A stretch of DNA of 64,000 bases from Alphaproteobacteria bacterium (GCA_009920665.1 RFZL01000004.1:2776-66775), one strand, 5' to 3'; counted from the first letter of the stretch, positions 23,155 to 36,024 are shown. Notes: generated from the letters alone by a model not told the origin. Made by a program: numbers and translations.

Positions 23155-25374
23155 CTAGAGAAAGCTGTAGGGGTCGATATCAACCTGCAGCTTGACGGCC
23201 GATGGCAGGGAGGCCGCCGCAAGCCAGGCCGCGATGACCGCCTGGATATCGACGGTCTTGTCAGCCCTGACAAGCGCCCGACCACGGTGCCGGCCGCGGA
23301 GGAATCCAAGTGGCGCCAGGCTTGGCCCGAAGATATCAACCCCGTGATAATGCGGGCGGTTGGCGTCAAGCGCCTGCATCGCCGCCTGCAGCCGCTGCGG
23401 GTCCGGCGCCGAGAGCACCAGCGCGGCGAGTCGCGCGAACGGGGGCATGCCGGCAAGGCGGCGCGACTGCGCCTCGGCCTTCAGGAATCTGTCCCGGTCG
23501 CCGGACAGCAGCGCTTCCATCACCGGGTTGGTGCTGTCCATCGTCTGCAGCAGGGCAAGCCCGGGCCGGCTGGCGCGGCCGGCCCGGCCGGCGACCTGGG
23601 CCAGCATCTGGAAGCTGCGTTCGGCGGCGCGCAGGTCACCGCCGGCAAGCCCAAGATCGGCGTCAACAATCCCGACCAGCGTCAGATTGGGGAAATGGTG
23701 GCCCTTGGCCGCCATCTGCGTGCCGATGATGATATCGACCTCACCATCAACAACCGACCGCACGAACGTCTCGGCGCTGCCCGGGCTTGCCACCGTGTCG
23801 CTTGAAAAGACGGCAAACCGGGCCTCGGGAAAACGCTGCAGCACCTCCTCGGCAAGGCGTTCCACACCCGGCCCGCAGGCCTGCATGCTGTCCTCCTCAC
23901 CGCATTCGGCACAGCCGCTTTGCGGCCGCGCCGCATAGCCGCAATGATGGCATTTCAACCGCCCGGCAAGGCGATGCATAACCATCCAGCTGTCGCAGTT
24001 CGGACAGGTCACCTTGTGGCCGCAGGCACCGCACAGCGTGAGCGGCGCATAACCGCGTCGGTTCAGGAACAGCAGCGACTGCTCCCCGGCCTCGAGCCGC
24101 CCGCTGATCGCCTCGACAAGCGGCGGCGCCAGCCAGCGGCCGCGCTCCGGCGGCGTGCGCCGCAGATCGACCGCGGCAATCTCGGGAAGGCTGGCCTCGC
24201 CGACGCGCTGCGGCAGGCTGATATGGCGGTAGCGCGGCGGGTCACCGACCTTGCCGGCATTGACCCAGCTTTCCAGCGAGGGCGTCGCGGTGGCGAGAAT
24301 GGCCGGACAGTTCTGCAGACGGGCGCGCAATATCGCCATATCGCGCGCATGATAGGTGACCTGATCCTCCTGCTTGTAGGCATGTTCATGCTCTTCATCG
24401 ACCACGATCAGCCCGAGATCGGAAAAGGGCAGGAACAGCGCCGAGCGCGCGCCGACAACCACCGCCGCCTCGCCAAGCGCGATATGCCGCCAGGCGCGGC
24501 GCTTGCGCCCCGGGGCGACGTCGGAATGCCATTCCGTCGGCGGCACCCCGAACCGGTCCTGGAACCGCTGTTTCCAGGCCGCCGACAACGCGATCTCCGG
24601 CAGCAGGATCAATGCCTGCCGCCCGGCCGCCACGACCTTCTCGACAGCATCGAAATAGACCTCGGTCTTTCCCGACCCGGTCACCCCGTCGAGAAGCATC
24701 GGCGTGAACCCGGCCCCGAGATTGCCGGTGATGTGCTGCATCGCCGCCAGCTGGTCAGCGGTCGGCGGCGGGCCGGCGACAGGCTGCGGGCGCGGCGGCG
24801 GCGTGCTGTCACTGACAAGCAGTGTTTCCAGCGAACCGGCCTTCGCCATCGCCGTGACAACGCCGGCGCTGACACCGGCCTCACGCTGCAGATCGGCAGC
24901 CGGGAGCGCGCCGGCCACCGACAGCACTTCGACAATGCGGCGACGAGCGGCGGTCAGGTTTTCATCCGCAGGCGGCGTGTCCGGGCGGCGATAGATCTTG
25001 CGCTGTGGCGGCGGGTGCAGCGCCTGCGGCTGGCTCAGCGCCATTTTCACCACCCCGCCAATCGGCGCCATTGTCCAGCTGGCAACGCGTTCAAGGAAAT
25101 CGACAAAGTTCGGCGGCAGGGGCGGCAACGGCGCGACAGCAGTCACCGGCTTCAGCGTTGTTGCCGGGACCGTGCCGTCACCCGGGCCGAGAACGACGCC
25201 GTTCAGCTGGCGCGGGCCAAAGGGAACGCTGACAATGCTGCCACGCGGCAGCGGCCCGAGACCATGCCGGTTATAGTCGAAGCTACGGTCGAGCGGTACC
25301 GCGACGGCGACCCGGACGGTTTTCTGGCTGCCGCCGGTTTCCGCTGTCGAGGTCATCCCCGGTACTGTCCCCAT
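23155..25374 (-). CDS. priA: primosomal replication protein N' (PriA helicase)
   Basis: [14 protein letters not shown] (Walker A), DEEH box, the Cys-rich Zn region [11 protein letters not shown]....CHHCG....C..CG, and helicase C motifs. The start is chosen at ATG 25374 (GGAGG 7 nt upstream); in-frame ATGs at 25401 and 25356 are also possible. Confidence 0.9.
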   Translation of the reverse strand: MGTVPGMTSTAETGGSQKTVRVAVAVPLDRSFDYNRHGLGPLPRGSIVSVPFGPRQLNGVVLGPGDGTVPATTLKPVTAVAPLPPLPPNFVDFLERVASWTMAPIGGVVKMALSQPQALHPPPQRKIYRRPDTPPADENLTAARRRIVEVLSVAGALPAADLQREAGVSAGVVTAMAKAGSLETLLVSDSTPPPRPQPVAGPPPTADQLAAMQHITGNLGAGFTPMLLDGVTGSGKTEVYFDAVEKVVAAGRQALILLPEIALSAAWKQRFQDRFGVPPTEWHSDVAPGRKRRAWRHIALGEAAVVVGARSALFLPFSDLGLIVVDEEHEHAYKQEDQVTYHARDMAILRARLQNCPAILATATPSLESWVNAGKVGDPPRYRHISLPQRVGEASLPEIAAVDLRRTPPERGRWLAPPLVEAISGRLEAGEQSLLFLNRRGYAPLTLCGACGHKVTCPNCDSWMVMHRLAGRLKCHHCGYAARPQSGCAECGEEDSMQACGPGVERLAEEVLQRFPEARFAVFSSDTVASPGSAETFVRSVVDGEVDIIIGTQMAAKGHHFPNLTLVGIVDADLGLAGGDLRAAERSFQMLAQVAGRAGRASRPGLALLQTMDSTNPVMEALLSGDRDRFLKAEAQSRRLAGMPPFARLAALVLSAPDPQRLQAAMQALDANRPHYHGVDIFGPSLAPLGFLRGRHRGRALVRADKTVDIQAVIAAWLAAASLPSAVKLQVDIDPYSFL

Positions 25375-25496
25375 GTAACCGCCTCCATGTAACCGCCCCA
25401 TGTTACTGGACAGGTGGATTTGCCACCTGTCATGCGATACACTCCGCGCGTCGGCACGGCCGATACCAACCTACACCGGAGAGCGGATTTCCTGAC

Positions 25497-26150
25497 ATGA
25501 AAATTTTCCTCGACAGCGCCGATATCGGCGAGATCGAAGCCCATATTGCCAGCGGCTTTGTCGACGGCGTCACCACCAACCCGTCATTGATTGCCAAATC
25601 GGGGCGCAACATTCTGGAAACCATCGCCCAGATCTGCGAGATGGTCGATGGCCCGGTCAGCGCCGAGGTGGCCGCGACCGATTTCGAGACAATGCTGAAG
25701 GAAGGAAAGAAGCTCGCCGCGCTGGCGCCGAATGTCACCGTCAAGGTGCCCCTGACCGAGGCCGGGCTTCGCACCTGCCGCGCCCTTCGCGAGGCCGGGA
25801 CACAGGTCAATGTCACGCTGTGTTTCAGCGCCGGGCAGGCGCTGCTGGCGGCGAAGGCCGGTGCCACCTTCATCTCACCCTTTGTTGGCCGGCTGGACGA
25901 TATCGGGCAGGACGGCATGGGCCTGATCGAGGAAATCTGCACCATCTATGACCAGTATGACATGTCGACCGAGGTTCTTGTCGCCTCGGTGCGCAGCACC
26001 CAGCATGTCGTCGATGCGGCCATGCTTGGTGCCGATGTTGTCACCCTGCCGCCGAAAATCCTGACGGCGCTCTACAAGCACCCGCTGACCGACAAGGGTC
26101 TGGCCGCCTTCATCTCGGACTGGGAAGGCACCGGGCAGTCGATCCTCTAG
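25497..26150 (+). CDS. tal: short-type transaldolase / fructose-6-phosphate aldolase (217 aa)
   Basis: [12 protein letters not shown]......[11 protein letters not shown]......VKVP.T..GL......G...[25 protein letters not shown]. Confidence 0.85.
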   Translation: MKIFLDSADIGEIEAHIASGFVDGVTTNPSLIAKSGRNILETIAQICEMVDGPVSAEVAATDFETMLKEGKKLAALAPNVTVKVPLTEAGLRTCRALREAGTQVNVTLCFSAGQALLAAKAGATFISPFVGRLDDIGQDGMGLIEEICTIYDQYDMSTEVLVASVRSTQHVVDAAMLGADVVTLPPKILTALYKHPLTDKGLAAFISDWEGTGQSIL

Positions 26151-26155
26151 CGGCG

Positions 26156-27046
26156 GTGGCGGCGCGGCAGCAGATAGAGGCGCACCGGCTGGCCTGGCTT
26201 GCCTGGCTGCAGACCGAGCGGCGCTATGGCGAAAATACGCTTGCCGCCTATGCTGCCGACCTTGACGATTATCTGCGCCATGCCGGCGCCGATGCCGCGC
26301 CCGACAGGCGATGTTTTCGGGGCTGGCTTGCCGATATGGCGGCCCGCGATCTGGCGCGCAGCACGATGGCCCGCCGGGTTTCGGCGCTGCGTGGTTTCTA
26401 CCGCTTTTGCGGGCGCACCGGCAGGATGACGGTCAATGATCTGAGCTGGCTTCGCGCCCCGCGGCCGCCAAAATCGGTACCAAAACCGGTATCCGAGGCC
26501 GACGCACGGGCGCTTCTGGCGGCGATCTTCCGGCGCCGTGGGGACGACTGGACGAAGCAGCGTGATTTCGCGCTGCTGATGCTTCTATATGGCGGTGGGT
26601 TGCGCATTTCCGAGGCGCTCGACCTGACCCGCGGTGACGCGCCGCTGGGCGAATGGCTGCGGATCACCGGCAAGGGCGGCAAGGTCCGCGACGTTCCGGT
26701 GCTTCCCGCCATCGCCGGGGCGGTGAACACCTATCTTGATGGCTGTCCGTTCGATGGCGGGGCGTCAGGCCCGCTGTTTGTCAGCGCCCGCGGCAATGCC
26801 TATGGCGCGCGGGCCGCGCAGCGGCTTGTCGAGACGTTGCGGCTGGAATTGAATCTGCCGGCGCATGTGACACCGCATGCGCTTCGCCATGCCTTCGCCA
26901 CGCATCTTCTTGGCAATGGCGCCGATCTCCGGGCGATCCAGGAACTTCTCGGCCATGCCAGCCTGTCGACAACACAGCGCTACACCAATGTCGACGAGGC
27001 GCATCTGGTGCGCATGCATCGTGAAACCCATCCCCGCGCCTCGTGA
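26156..27046 (+). CDS. xerC: site-specific tyrosine recombinase XerC (XerC/XerD family)
   Basis: ...NTLAAYAADL..YL...GLRISEAL.L......L.I.GKGGK.R.VP...HALRHAFATHLL.NGADLRAIQELLGHASLSTTQRYT. Catalytic R..HxxR..Y residues are present. It starts at GTG. Assignment as XerC rather than XerD rests only on the C-terminal D..HL...HPRA pattern. Confidence 0.75.
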   Translation: MAARQQIEAHRLAWLAWLQTERRYGENTLAAYAADLDDYLRHAGADAAPDRRCFRGWLADMAARDLARSTMARRVSALRGFYRFCGRTGRMTVNDLSWLRAPRPPKSVPKPVSEADARALLAAIFRRRGDDWTKQRDFALLMLLYGGGLRISEALDLTRGDAPLGEWLRITGKGGKVRDVPVLPAIAGAVNTYLDGCPFDGGASGPLFVSARGNAYGARAAQRLVETLRLELNLPAHVTPHALRHAFATHLLGNGADLRAIQELLGHASLSTTQRYTNVDEAHLVRMHRETHPRAS

Positions 27047-27077
27047 CGCAGCAACATCGTGGCGCCGGAAAGACACC

Positions 27078-28487
27078 TTACATGTGAATGGCGCGGCCAT
27101 CGACCGCCAGCGCCGCTTCCTTGACCGCCTCGTTCAACGTCGGATGCCCGTGACAGGTGCGGGCGATATCCTCTGACGAGGCGCCAAAGGCCATCGCGGT
27201 GGCGCATTCATGGATGATCGTGCCGGCCTCATGGCCGATGATGTGGACACCGAGGACACGGTCGGTCTCGGCATCGGCAAGGATCTTCACGAACCCGTCA
27301 GCATGGCCCTGCGCCCGCGCGCGGCTGTTCGCCGAGAACGGGAAGCTTCCCTTGTTATAGGCGATCCCGGCCTCTTTCAGCGCCTCCTCGCTCTTGCCAA
27401 GCGTAGCCACCTCGGGCGCGGTATAGACAATGCCCGGCACCAGCTCGTAATCGACATGACCGGCCTGGCCGGCCATGATCTCGACAGCGGCAACGCCGTC
27501 CTCCTCGGCCTTGTGGGCCAGCATCGGCCCGTCAATCACATCGCCGATGGCATAGATATCCTCGACCGACGTCTCGAAGCGCGCATCAACCCTGATACGG
27601 CCGCGCCCGGTCATCGCCACGCCGGCCTCCTCAAGGCCAAGACCATCGGTTGCCGGGTGCCGCCCGACCGCGACAAGCGCCACATCGGCCTTGATGGTTT
27701 CCTCATCACCGCCATCCGCCGGCGCGACGGTCAGCGTCACGCCGCTCTTGCCGGAACTGGCCGCTTTCACCGCCGTCTTCAGGCGGAATTTCAGCCCCTG
27801 CTTCTTCGCGATGGCCATGAATTTTTTGGCGATCTCGTCATCCATGCCAGGCAGGATCCGCGGCAGGAACTCGATCACCTCCACCTCGGCGCCAAGTCGC
27901 GCCCAGACGGTGCCAAGCTCAAGCCCGATATAGCCGGCACCAATCACGATCAGCTTCTTCGGCACCTTCGGCAGCGCCAGCGCGCCGGTCGAGCTGACAA
28001 TGCGCGTCTCGTCGATTTCGATCCCCGGCAGGCTGGAGGCATGGCTTCCCGAGGCGATCAGGATTTTCTCGGCCGTGTAGCTGCCCTTATCCTTGCCGTC
28101 GGTCAGCGTCACCTTGCCCGGCCCGTCGATGCGGGCCTGTCCCTGCAGACGCGTGACCTTGTTCTTCTTGAACAGGAAATCGATGCCGCCGGTCAGGCTG
28201 CCGACAATCTCGTCCTTGCCCTGCATCATCTTCGGCAGATCAAGCTTCACGCTGCCGACGGAGATACCCAGAGCGGCCAGTCCGCCACCCGCCGCCTCGG
28301 CATAATGTTCGGAGGCGTTCAACAACGCCTTTGACGGGATACAGCCGACATTCAGGCAGGTGCCGCCAAGGCTTTCACGCCGGTCGACGCAGGCCACTTT
28401 CATGCCGAGCTGCGCGGCACGGATCGCCGCCACATAGCCGCCCGGGCCGGCGCCAATGACAATCAGGTCGAATGCGGTCTCGCTCAT
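27078..28487 (-). CDS. lpdA: dihydrolipoyl dehydrogenase (E3)
   Basis: DLIVIGAGPGGYVAAIRAAQLG...GGTCLNVGCIPSK (redox disulfide)...HAHPTL-like C-terminus (CHGHPTLNE). Confidence 0.95.
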   Translation of the reverse strand: MSETAFDLIVIGAGPGGYVAAIRAAQLGMKVACVDRRESLGGTCLNVGCIPSKALLNASEHYAEAAGGGLAALGISVGSVKLDLPKMMQGKDEIVGSLTGGIDFLFKKNKVTRLQGQARIDGPGKVTLTDGKDKGSYTAEKILIASGSHASSLPGIEIDETRIVSSTGALALPKVPKKLIVIGAGYIGLELGTVWARLGAEVEVIEFLPRILPGMDDEIAKKFMAIAKKQGLKFRLKTAVKAASSGKSGVTLTVAPADGGDEETIKADVALVAVGRHPATDGLGLEEAGVAMTGRGRIRVDARFETSVEDIYAIGDVIDGPMLAHKAEEDGVAAVEIMAGQAGHVDYELVPGIVYTAPEVATLGKSEEALKEAGIAYNKGSFPFSANSRARAQGHADGFVKILADAETDRVLGVHIIGHEAGTIIHECATAMAFGASSEDIARTCHGHPTLNEAVKEAALAVDGRAIHM

Positions 28488-28556
28488 CTGGGTCTCCAGC
28501 TTGCTTTCATTGCCGTACTGCCATCATGGGTCATGCCGCCATCAGGCGGGGGTGTA

Positions 28557-29789
28557 TCAGACCCCGAGGACAAGGCGGCGCGGATCCTCGACAAGTTCCT
28601 TGATGCGGGCCAGAAAGGACACCGCCTCACGGCCATCGATGATCCGGTGGTCATAGGACAGCGCCAGATACATCATCGGGCGAATCACCACCTGGTCATC
28701 AATCACCACCGGCCGCTTCTCGATCTTGTGCATGCCGAGGATTCCCGACTGCGGCGGGTTCAGGATCGGTGTCGACATCAGCGAGCCATAGACTCCGCCA
28801 TTCGAGATGGTGAAGGTGCCGCCGGCCATGTCATCCGGGGTGATCTTGCCATTGCGGGCGCGATCGCCGAAATCGGCGATCTGCGATTCGATGGCCGCCA
28901 GATTCATCGCGCCGGCATCGCGCACCACCGGCACGACAAGGCCCTGCGGTGTGCCGACGGCGACCCCGATATTGTAGTAATTCTTGTAGATGATGTCGGT
29001 GCCGTCGATTTCGGCATTCACCGCCGGAAAATCCTGCAACGCCTGAATCGAGGCCAGAACGAACATACCCATGAAACCGAGCCGGGTGCCATAGGCAGCC
29101 TCGAATTCCTGGCGGTAATCGGCCCGCATCGTCATCAGCGCCGACATGTCGACCTCGTTGAAGGTGGTCAGCATCGCGGCGGTGTTCTGCGCTGTCTTCA
29201 ATCTTGTCGCAATGACCTGACGAAGCTTCGACATCGGCACGCGTTCCTCGCGCGCGGCATCTTCCGGACGCGGCGTCTGGCGCGGCGCGGCGGAGGCGGC
29301 GGTTGCGGCCGGGGTCGCCGACGCCCCTTTCATATGGGCAAGGACGTCGGCCTTGGTCAGCCGCCCGTCGACTCCGGTGCCGCGGATCGCGGCCGGATTG
29401 AGGTTGTTCTCCTCGACAAGGCGGCGCACCGCCGGTGACAGCGGCAAATCGGAGGCAGTCGCCAGTATGGCGGCGGGCGCCGACGCTGTCGGCGCCGGTG
29501 CTGCGGGGGCGGCGTCCGGTGCGGCTTCCGGCGCCGGGGTTGCGGGCGCGGCGCCTTCATTCAGGATCGCAAGGCTGGCACCCACCTCAACATTGGCGCC
29601 CTCGGCAGCGATGATCTCGCCAAGCGTGCCGGCGGCCGGCGCCGGCACCTCGAGTGTCACCTTGTCGGTCTCGAGCTCGACAACCGGCTCATCGGCAGCC
29701 ACGGCATCGCCGGTCTTCTTGATCCAGCGGGCCACCGTCGCATCCGCCACGGATTCACCAAGAGTAGGAACTGTGATTTCGATCGCCAT
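28557..29789 (-). CDS. sucB: 2-oxoglutarate dehydrogenase E2 (dihydrolipoamide succinyltransferase)
   Basis: Lipoyl domain [14 protein letters not shown]...[11 protein letters not shown], an Ala/Pro linker, an E3-binding domain, and a catalytic domain ending ...[18 protein letters not shown]. The start is chosen at ATG 29789 (MAIEI). Confidence 0.95.
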   Translation of the reverse strand: MAIEITVPTLGESVADATVARWIKKTGDAVAADEPVVELETDKVTLEVPAPAAGTLGEIIAAEGANVEVGASLAILNEGAAPATPAPEAAPDAAPAAPAPTASAPAAILATASDLPLSPAVRRLVEENNLNPAAIRGTGVDGRLTKADVLAHMKGASATPAATAASAAPRQTPRPEDAAREERVPMSKLRQVIATRLKTAQNTAAMLTTFNEVDMSALMTMRADYRQEFEAAYGTRLGFMGMFVLASIQALQDFPAVNAEIDGTDIIYKNYYNIGVAVGTPQGLVVPVVRDAGAMNLAAIESQIADFGDRARNGKITPDDMAGGTFTISNGGVYGSLMSTPILNPPQSGILGMHKIEKRPVVIDDQVVIRPMMYLALSYDHRIIDGREAVSFLARIKELVEDPRRLVLGV

Positions 29790-29888
29790 GGCGCTGCGGC
29801 CTCCTCGGTCGGGGGCTGTTTTCACCCCTGTTGTCAAACTTCGACGTGAACGGCCCCGTGCGGGCCGGTCTGTTCTGTGTCACCCGGC

Positions 29889-32804
29889 CTATGTGTCGGC
29901 CGACAGGCCGAGCGCATCGGCGACAAGCTTTGCCTGTTCGCGCTTGTGGCGGCCAAGCGTACCCGTTGCCGGCGAGGCGGCTGCGTCCCGGCCGGCATAG
30001 ATCAGGCGCTGCTGCTTCGCACCCACCGTTTCCATCGCTTCCTCGATGAAGTCGCGGACGAAGGTCCAGCCGCCCATGTTGCGCGGCTCTTCCTGACACC
30101 ACACCATTGTCGCGTTCGGTGTCTGTTCCAGCACCTCGATCACGGCCCGCGTCGGGAACGGGTAGAGCTGTTCAACGCGGATGATTTCGGTGTCCCACAG
30201 CTTCGCCTCGTCACGCGCCGCCGCCAGATCGTAATAGACCTTGCCGCTGCACATCACGATCCGTTTCGCCTTGCCGGATTTCACCTGTGTGTCGCGCTCG
30301 TCAAGAACACGGTGGAAGGAAGTGCCAGGCCCCATATCGGCAAGCGACGACACGCAGCCCTTGTGACGGAGCAGCGATTTCGGCGTCATGATAACCAGCG
30401 GCTTGCGGAAGTCGCGGCGCAGCTGGCGACGAAGCACATGGAAATAATTGGCCGGAGTCGTGCAGTTGACGACCTGCATGTTGTCCTCGGCGCACAGCTG
30501 CAGATAGCGTTCAAGCCGCGCCGATGAATGTTCGGGGCCCTGGCCCTCATAGCCATGCGGCAGCAGCAGCACCAGCGCGTTCATGCGCAGCCATTTCGCC
30601 TCGCCCGAGGAGATGAACTGGTCGATCACCACCTGCGCGCCATTCGCGAAATCACCGAACTGCGCCTCCCACATCACCAGCGCGTTCGGCTCGACCTGCG
30701 AGAAGCCATATTCAAATCCCATCACCGAGGCTTCGGACAGGGGGGAGTCGATGACCTCGAAATCCGCCTGGTCGGGCGACAGATGCGCCAGCGGCGCGTA
30801 CCGTTCCTCGCTCGCCTGGTCGACAAGAACGGCGTGACGCTGGCTGAAGGTGCCACGGCAGGAATCCTGTCCCGAAAGCCGCACCATATCCCCCTCAAGC
30901 AACAGCGAGCCGAACGCCAGATGCTCGGCGGTGGCCCAGTCCAGACCTTCGCCCTCGCCGATCCGCGCCGCCCGCGTCTCGATGATGCGGGTCAGTTTCG
31001 GGTTCAGCGTCATATGCTCGGGAACCGTTGTCATCGTCTCGCCGATCCGGCGCAGCGTGTCGATATCGACGGCGGTCTCGCCGCGCCGTTCGACACCATG
31101 CGCGGTGCGCATGCCGGACCAGCTTCCCTCGAGCCAGTCGGCCTTGTTCGGCCGATAGCTTGTGCCGGCCTCGAATTCCGCATCGAGATAGGCAATCCGC
31201 TCATCGACAACCGCCTGCGTCTCGGCCCGGCTCATGATACCCTCGGCGACAAGCTTGTCGGCATAGATGGTACGCGTTGTCGGGTGTTTGCCAATGGTCT
31301 TGTACATCAATGGCTGGGTGAACATCGGCTCGTCACCCTCATTATGGCCAAAGCGGCGATAGCAGAACATATCCAGCACCACATCGGTGCCAAAAGCCTG
31401 ACGAAACTCGATGGCGATCCGCGCCGCATGGACAACTGCCTCGGGATCATCGCCATTCACATGGAAGATCGGTGCCATCACCATCTTCGCGACATCGGTC
31501 GGATAGGGCGAGGAGCGCGAATAATGCGGGCTTGTCGTGAAGCCGATCTGGTTGTTGACGATGATGTGGATGGTGCCACCGGTGCGATAGCCGCGAAGCG
31601 CCGAAAAGGCAAAGGTCTCGCCAACCACACCCTGACCGGCAAAGGCCGCATCGCCATGAAGCAGAATGCCGACAACCTCGCGCCGATCGACATCATCACG
31701 TTGCTGTTGCTTGGCGCGGACCCGGCCGACAACGACGGGATCGACGATTTCCAGATGCGACGGGTTCGGCGCCATGCTGAGATGCACGGTCTTGCCGTCG
31801 AATTCACGGTCCGAGGATGCGCCCATATGATATTTCACGTCACCCGACCCGCCGGCATCCTCCGGGTTGGCCGGGTTGCCGAGAAATTCCGAGATGATGG
31901 CGCGAAACGGCTTGCCGAAAACATTGTGAAGCATGTTCAGACGGCCGCGATGCGCCATGCCAACGACGATCTCGCCAAGGCCAAGCTGCGATCCGCGCTT
32001 CAGGATCTGCTCGATGGCCGGAATCATCGCCTCGCCGCCATCCATGCCGAACCGCTTGGTACCGGTGTATTTCTTGTGCAGATATTTCTCGAATTCCTCG
32101 GCATCGACAAGGCGCTCATAAATCGCCTTCTTGCCGCGCTTGGTGAAATCGGTACGGTTGCCGATGGCCTCGATACGTTCCTGGATCCAGGCCTTTTGCG
32201 CCGGGTCCTGAATGTGCATGAATTCGACACCGATGGTCCCGCAATAGGTGCGGCGCAGCGTTTCGACGATTTCACGAAGCGTCGCGGTTTCAAGCCCGAG
32301 GACGTAATTGATGAAGATCGGGCGGTCCCAATCCTCGTCGGTGAAACCATAGGTCGCCGGATCAAGTTCGGGATGAAGCGGCTTGTTCTCCAGCGACAGC
32401 GGGTCAAGATCGGCAATCAGATGCCCGCGGATCCGGTAGGCGCGGATCAGCATCACGGCGCGAAGCGAATCCAGCGTCGCCGCCCGCATGTCATCGGCAT
32501 TCATCCGCCGTCCGGCGGCATGGCCGGCGGCAACGGCATTGATCGAATCGGCCGGATCGGTGGCGCCGACGATGCGACTGGCGTTGCGCGCCCAGCTGGG
32601 GCCACGGTCGATTTCGGCACTGCTGTCGCCAAGCGCGTTCAGCTGTTCGAAATAGCGCGCCCAGCGCGCATCGACCGCCGACGGGTCGCGCCGCCAGGCG
32701 GCGTTCATTTCGGCAATGAAAGTGGCATTGGCCGCCGACAGAAAGGTCAGATCAAAGTCACCAGCCGGATCTGGCGGGGCTGGCACCTGCGCCGCGTCAT
32801 CCAT
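29889..32804 (-). CDS. sucA: 2-oxoglutarate dehydrogenase E1 component
   Basis: 971 aa; ...FLSAANA.FI......W..DP.SV...W..YF...GHR.A.LDPL...HGDAAFAGQGVV.E...LLPHGYEGQGPEHSSAR.ER.LQ. Confidence 0.97.
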   Translation of the reverse strand: MDDAAQVPAPPDPAGDFDLTFLSAANATFIAEMNAAWRRDPSAVDARWARYFEQLNALGDSSAEIDRGPSWARNASRIVGATDPADSINAVAAGHAAGRRMNADDMRAATLDSLRAVMLIRAYRIRGHLIADLDPLSLENKPLHPELDPATYGFTDEDWDRPIFINYVLGLETATLREIVETLRRTYCGTIGVEFMHIQDPAQKAWIQERIEAIGNRTDFTKRGKKAIYERLVDAEEFEKYLHKKYTGTKRFGMDGGEAMIPAIEQILKRGSQLGLGEIVVGMAHRGRLNMLHNVFGKPFRAIISEFLGNPANPEDAGGSGDVKYHMGASSDREFDGKTVHLSMAPNPSHLEIVDPVVVGRVRAKQQQRDDVDRREVVGILLHGDAAFAGQGVVGETFAFSALRGYRTGGTIHIIVNNQIGFTTSPHYSRSSPYPTDVAKMVMAPIFHVNGDDPEAVVHAARIAIEFRQAFGTDVVLDMFCYRRFGHNEGDEPMFTQPLMYKTIGKHPTTRTIYADKLVAEGIMSRAETQAVVDERIAYLDAEFEAGTSYRPNKADWLEGSWSGMRTAHGVERRGETAVDIDTLRRIGETMTTVPEHMTLNPKLTRIIETRAARIGEGEGLDWATAEHLAFGSLLLEGDMVRLSGQDSCRGTFSQRHAVLVDQASEERYAPLAHLSPDQADFEVIDSPLSEASVMGFEYGFSQVEPNALVMWEAQFGDFANGAQVVIDQFISSGEAKWLRMNALVLLLPHGYEGQGPEHSSARLERYLQLCAEDNMQVVNCTTPANYFHVLRRQLRRDFRKPLVIMTPKSLLRHKGCVSSLADMGPGTSFHRVLDERDTQVKSGKAKRIVMCSGKVYYDLAAARDEAKLWDTEIIRVEQLYPFPTRAVIEVLEQTPNATMVWCQEEPRNMGGWTFVRDFIEEAMETVGAKQQRLIYAGRDAAASPATGTLGRHKREQAKLVADALGLSADT

Positions 32805-32879
32805 ATGTAAAACACCCGTTCATGTTGTTTCCCGTCCCCAGTCTAGGCGCTGGCGGCTGAGATTCAAGCCATCAGCGTT

Positions 32880-33761
32880 TCAGACGCCCCGCGCCATGGC
32901 GCGGGTCACGGCATTGCCGATATCCGCCGGCGATTCCGCCATCTCGAACCCGGCCGCCTGCATGGCACCGATCTTGTCGGCAGCGCCGCCGCTGCCACCG
33001 CTGACGATGGCACCGGCATGGCCCATACGGCGGCCCGGCGGCGCTGTCTGGCCGGCGATGAAGCCGGCAATCGGCTTGCGCTTCGGCTGCGCGCTGTAGA
33101 AGGCCGCTGCCTCTTCCTCGGCCGACCCGCCGATTTCGCCGATCATCACAATCGCCTCGGTCTGGTCGTCGGCAAGGAACATCTGCAGGCAGTCGATGAA
33201 ATTGGTGCCGTTCACCGGGTCGCCGCCGATACCGATACAGGTCGACTGGCCAAGCCCGACAGCGCTTGTCTGGGCCACCGCCTCATAGGTCAGTGTTCCC
33301 GAGCGCGACACGATCCCGATCTTGCCGGGGGTGTGGATGTGACCCGGCATGATGCCGATCTTGCACTCTCCCGGGGTGATGATACCGGGGCAGTTCGGGC
33401 CAATCAGGCGGCTCCGGCTACCGTCAAGCGCCCGCTTCACCCGCACCATGTCGAGCACCGGAATGCCCTCGGTGATGCAGATGATCAGCGGCATGCCGGC
33501 ATCAATGGCTTCAAGGATCGAATCCGCGGCAAAGCGTGGTGGCACATAGATGACCGAGGCGTTGGCGCCGGTCTCGGCCATCGCGGCGCCAACCGAATTG
33601 AACACCGGCAGTCCAAGATGCGTCTGCCCGCCCTTGCCGGGAGTCACGCCGCCAACCATGATGGTGCCGTAATCAATCGCCTGTTCGGAATGGAAGGTCC
33701 CCTGCGAGCCGGTAAAGCCCTGGCAGATGACCCTTGTCTGGCTATTCACGAGAACTGACAT
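32880..33761 (-). CDS. sucD: succinyl-CoA synthetase subunit alpha
   Basis: [23 protein letters not shown]....[13 protein letters not shown]...[10 protein letters not shown]...GIGGDP (phosphohistidine loop MGHAGAI). Confidence 0.96.
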   Translation of the reverse strand: MSVLVNSQTRVICQGFTGSQGTFHSEQAIDYGTIMVGGVTPGKGGQTHLGLPVFNSVGAAMAETGANASVIYVPPRFAADSILEAIDAGMPLIICITEGIPVLDMVRVKRALDGSRSRLIGPNCPGIITPGECKIGIMPGHIHTPGKIGIVSRSGTLTYEAVAQTSAVGLGQSTCIGIGGDPVNGTNFIDCLQMFLADDQTEAIVMIGEIGGSAEEEAAAFYSAQPKRKPIAGFIAGQTAPPGRRMGHAGAIVSGGSGGAADKIGAMQAAGFEMAESPADIGNAVTRAMARGV

Positions 33762-33773
33762 GACTTTCCCCCG

Positions 33774-34934
33774 TCAGGCGGTGGCGGCGACGATCTTCGC
33801 CGCTGCATCGGCCAGATTGTCCGCCGGAATGATGTCGAGGCCACTTTCGGCCATGATGCGCTTGCCTTCATCGACATTCGTGCCCTCGAGCCGCACGACA
33901 AGCGGCTTGTCGAGGCCGAGCGTGCGGGCCGCGCCGACAACGCCCTCGGCGATGATGTCACAGCGCATGATGCCGCCGAAGATGTTCACCAGGATACCGC
34001 GCACATTCTCGTCCGAGAGAATGATCTTGAAGGCCTCGGTGACACGCTCCGTGGTCGCGCTGCCGCCGACATCGAGGAAATTTGCCGGCGAGCCGCCCTG
34101 CAGCTGGATGATATCCATCGTCGCCATGGCAAGGCCGGCGCCATTGACCATGCAGCCGATATTCCCGTCGAGCTTGATATAGTTGAGATCGAATTCGCTG
34201 GCGCGGACCTCGGCCGGGTCCTCCTCGGCGAGATCGCGAAGCTCCATCACCTCGGGATGCCGGTACAGCGCGTTGTCATCGAAGCTCATCTTCGCATCGA
34301 GCGCCAGCAGGTCGCCGGCACCGGTCACGACCAGCGGGTTGATCTCGATCAGGCTGGCATCAAGCGCGCTGAAAGCGTCATAGAGGCCATTAAGGAATTT
34401 CGGGAGCTGCTTTGCCGTCGCGCCGGCCAGCCCCATGACCCCGGCGAGCCGGCGCGCGTGATGCGGCTGCAGGCCGGTTGCCGGGTCGATGGCAACGGAC
34501 AGGATCTTGTCGGGCCGGGTGGCGGCGACTTCCTCGATATCCATGCCGCCCTCGCTGGAGGCGATGATGGTGATCCGGCTGCTGCCACGATCCACAAGCA
34601 GGGACAGATAGAGCTCATCCCCGATATCGCAGCCTTCCTCGACATAGAGGCGCTTGACCTCGCGCCCCTGCGGGCCAGTCTGGTGTGTGACAAGCGTCTT
34701 GCCGAGAAGATCGGTGGCAACCTCGCGCACCTCATCAACCGAGGAGACAACCTTGACCCCGCCCGCCTTGCCGCGGCCACCGGCATGGATCTGCGCCTTC
34801 ACGACATATACCGGCCCGCCTAGCGCGGTGGCGGCATCGACCGCCTCATCGACCGAGAATGCCGGCTTGCCACGCGGCACCGCAACCCCGAAACCGGCCA
34901 GCAAGGTCTTGGCCTGATGTTCATGGATATTCAT
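33774..34934 (-). CDS. sucC: succinyl-CoA synthetase subunit beta
   Basis: [17 protein letters not shown]......[18 protein letters not shown]...INPL...[18 protein letters not shown]. Confidence 0.96.
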   Translation of the reverse strand: MNIHEHQAKTLLAGFGVAVPRGKPAFSVDEAVDAATALGGPVYVVKAQIHAGGRGKAGGVKVVSSVDEVREVATDLLGKTLVTHQTGPQGREVKRLYVEEGCDIGDELYLSLLVDRGSSRITIIASSEGGMDIEEVAATRPDKILSVAIDPATGLQPHHARRLAGVMGLAGATAKQLPKFLNGLYDAFSALDASLIEINPLVVTGAGDLLALDAKMSFDDNALYRHPEVMELRDLAEEDPAEVRASEFDLNYIKLDGNIGCMVNGAGLAMATMDIIQLQGGSPANFLDVGGSATTERVTEAFKIILSDENVRGILVNIFGGIMRCDIIAEGVVGAARTLGLDKPLVVRLEGTNVDEGKRIMAESGLDIIPADNLADAAAKIVAATA

Positions 34935-34975
34935 CTGAATTCCCCCACAAAACGGACCTCGGCCCGCACCCGAAC

Positions 34976-35965
<990 letters not shown>

Positions 35966-36024
35966 TCAGCAGCTGCGGGCGTGCGACGAAATGTTGCCGG
36001 TGGTTTACCGGAATCCACCCGTCT

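Noticed and set aside
26156-27046. The tyrosine recombinase as a marker of an integrated mobile element or island.
   Set aside because: Its sequence is XerC/XerD-type (chromosome dimer resolution). Its GC matches the flanks. Its neighbours are housekeeping genes (tal, lpdA), and there is no tRNA, att-like repeat or phage/plasmid gene.
30528-32810. A 760-aa plus-strand ORF, plus similar very long ORFs at 20765-22411, 44342-46123, 23920-25392, 38681-40090, 9131-10297, 8138-9127, 42796-44145 and 35..36 kb.
   Set aside because: Each lies antisense to a gene with an unmistakable conserved product (sucA, atpA, leuC, priA, sdhA, obg, rplU, leuB, mdh). Their translations are Arg/Gly/Ala/Pro-rich with no recognisable motifs. 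Long stop-free antisense frames are expected at about 65% GC.
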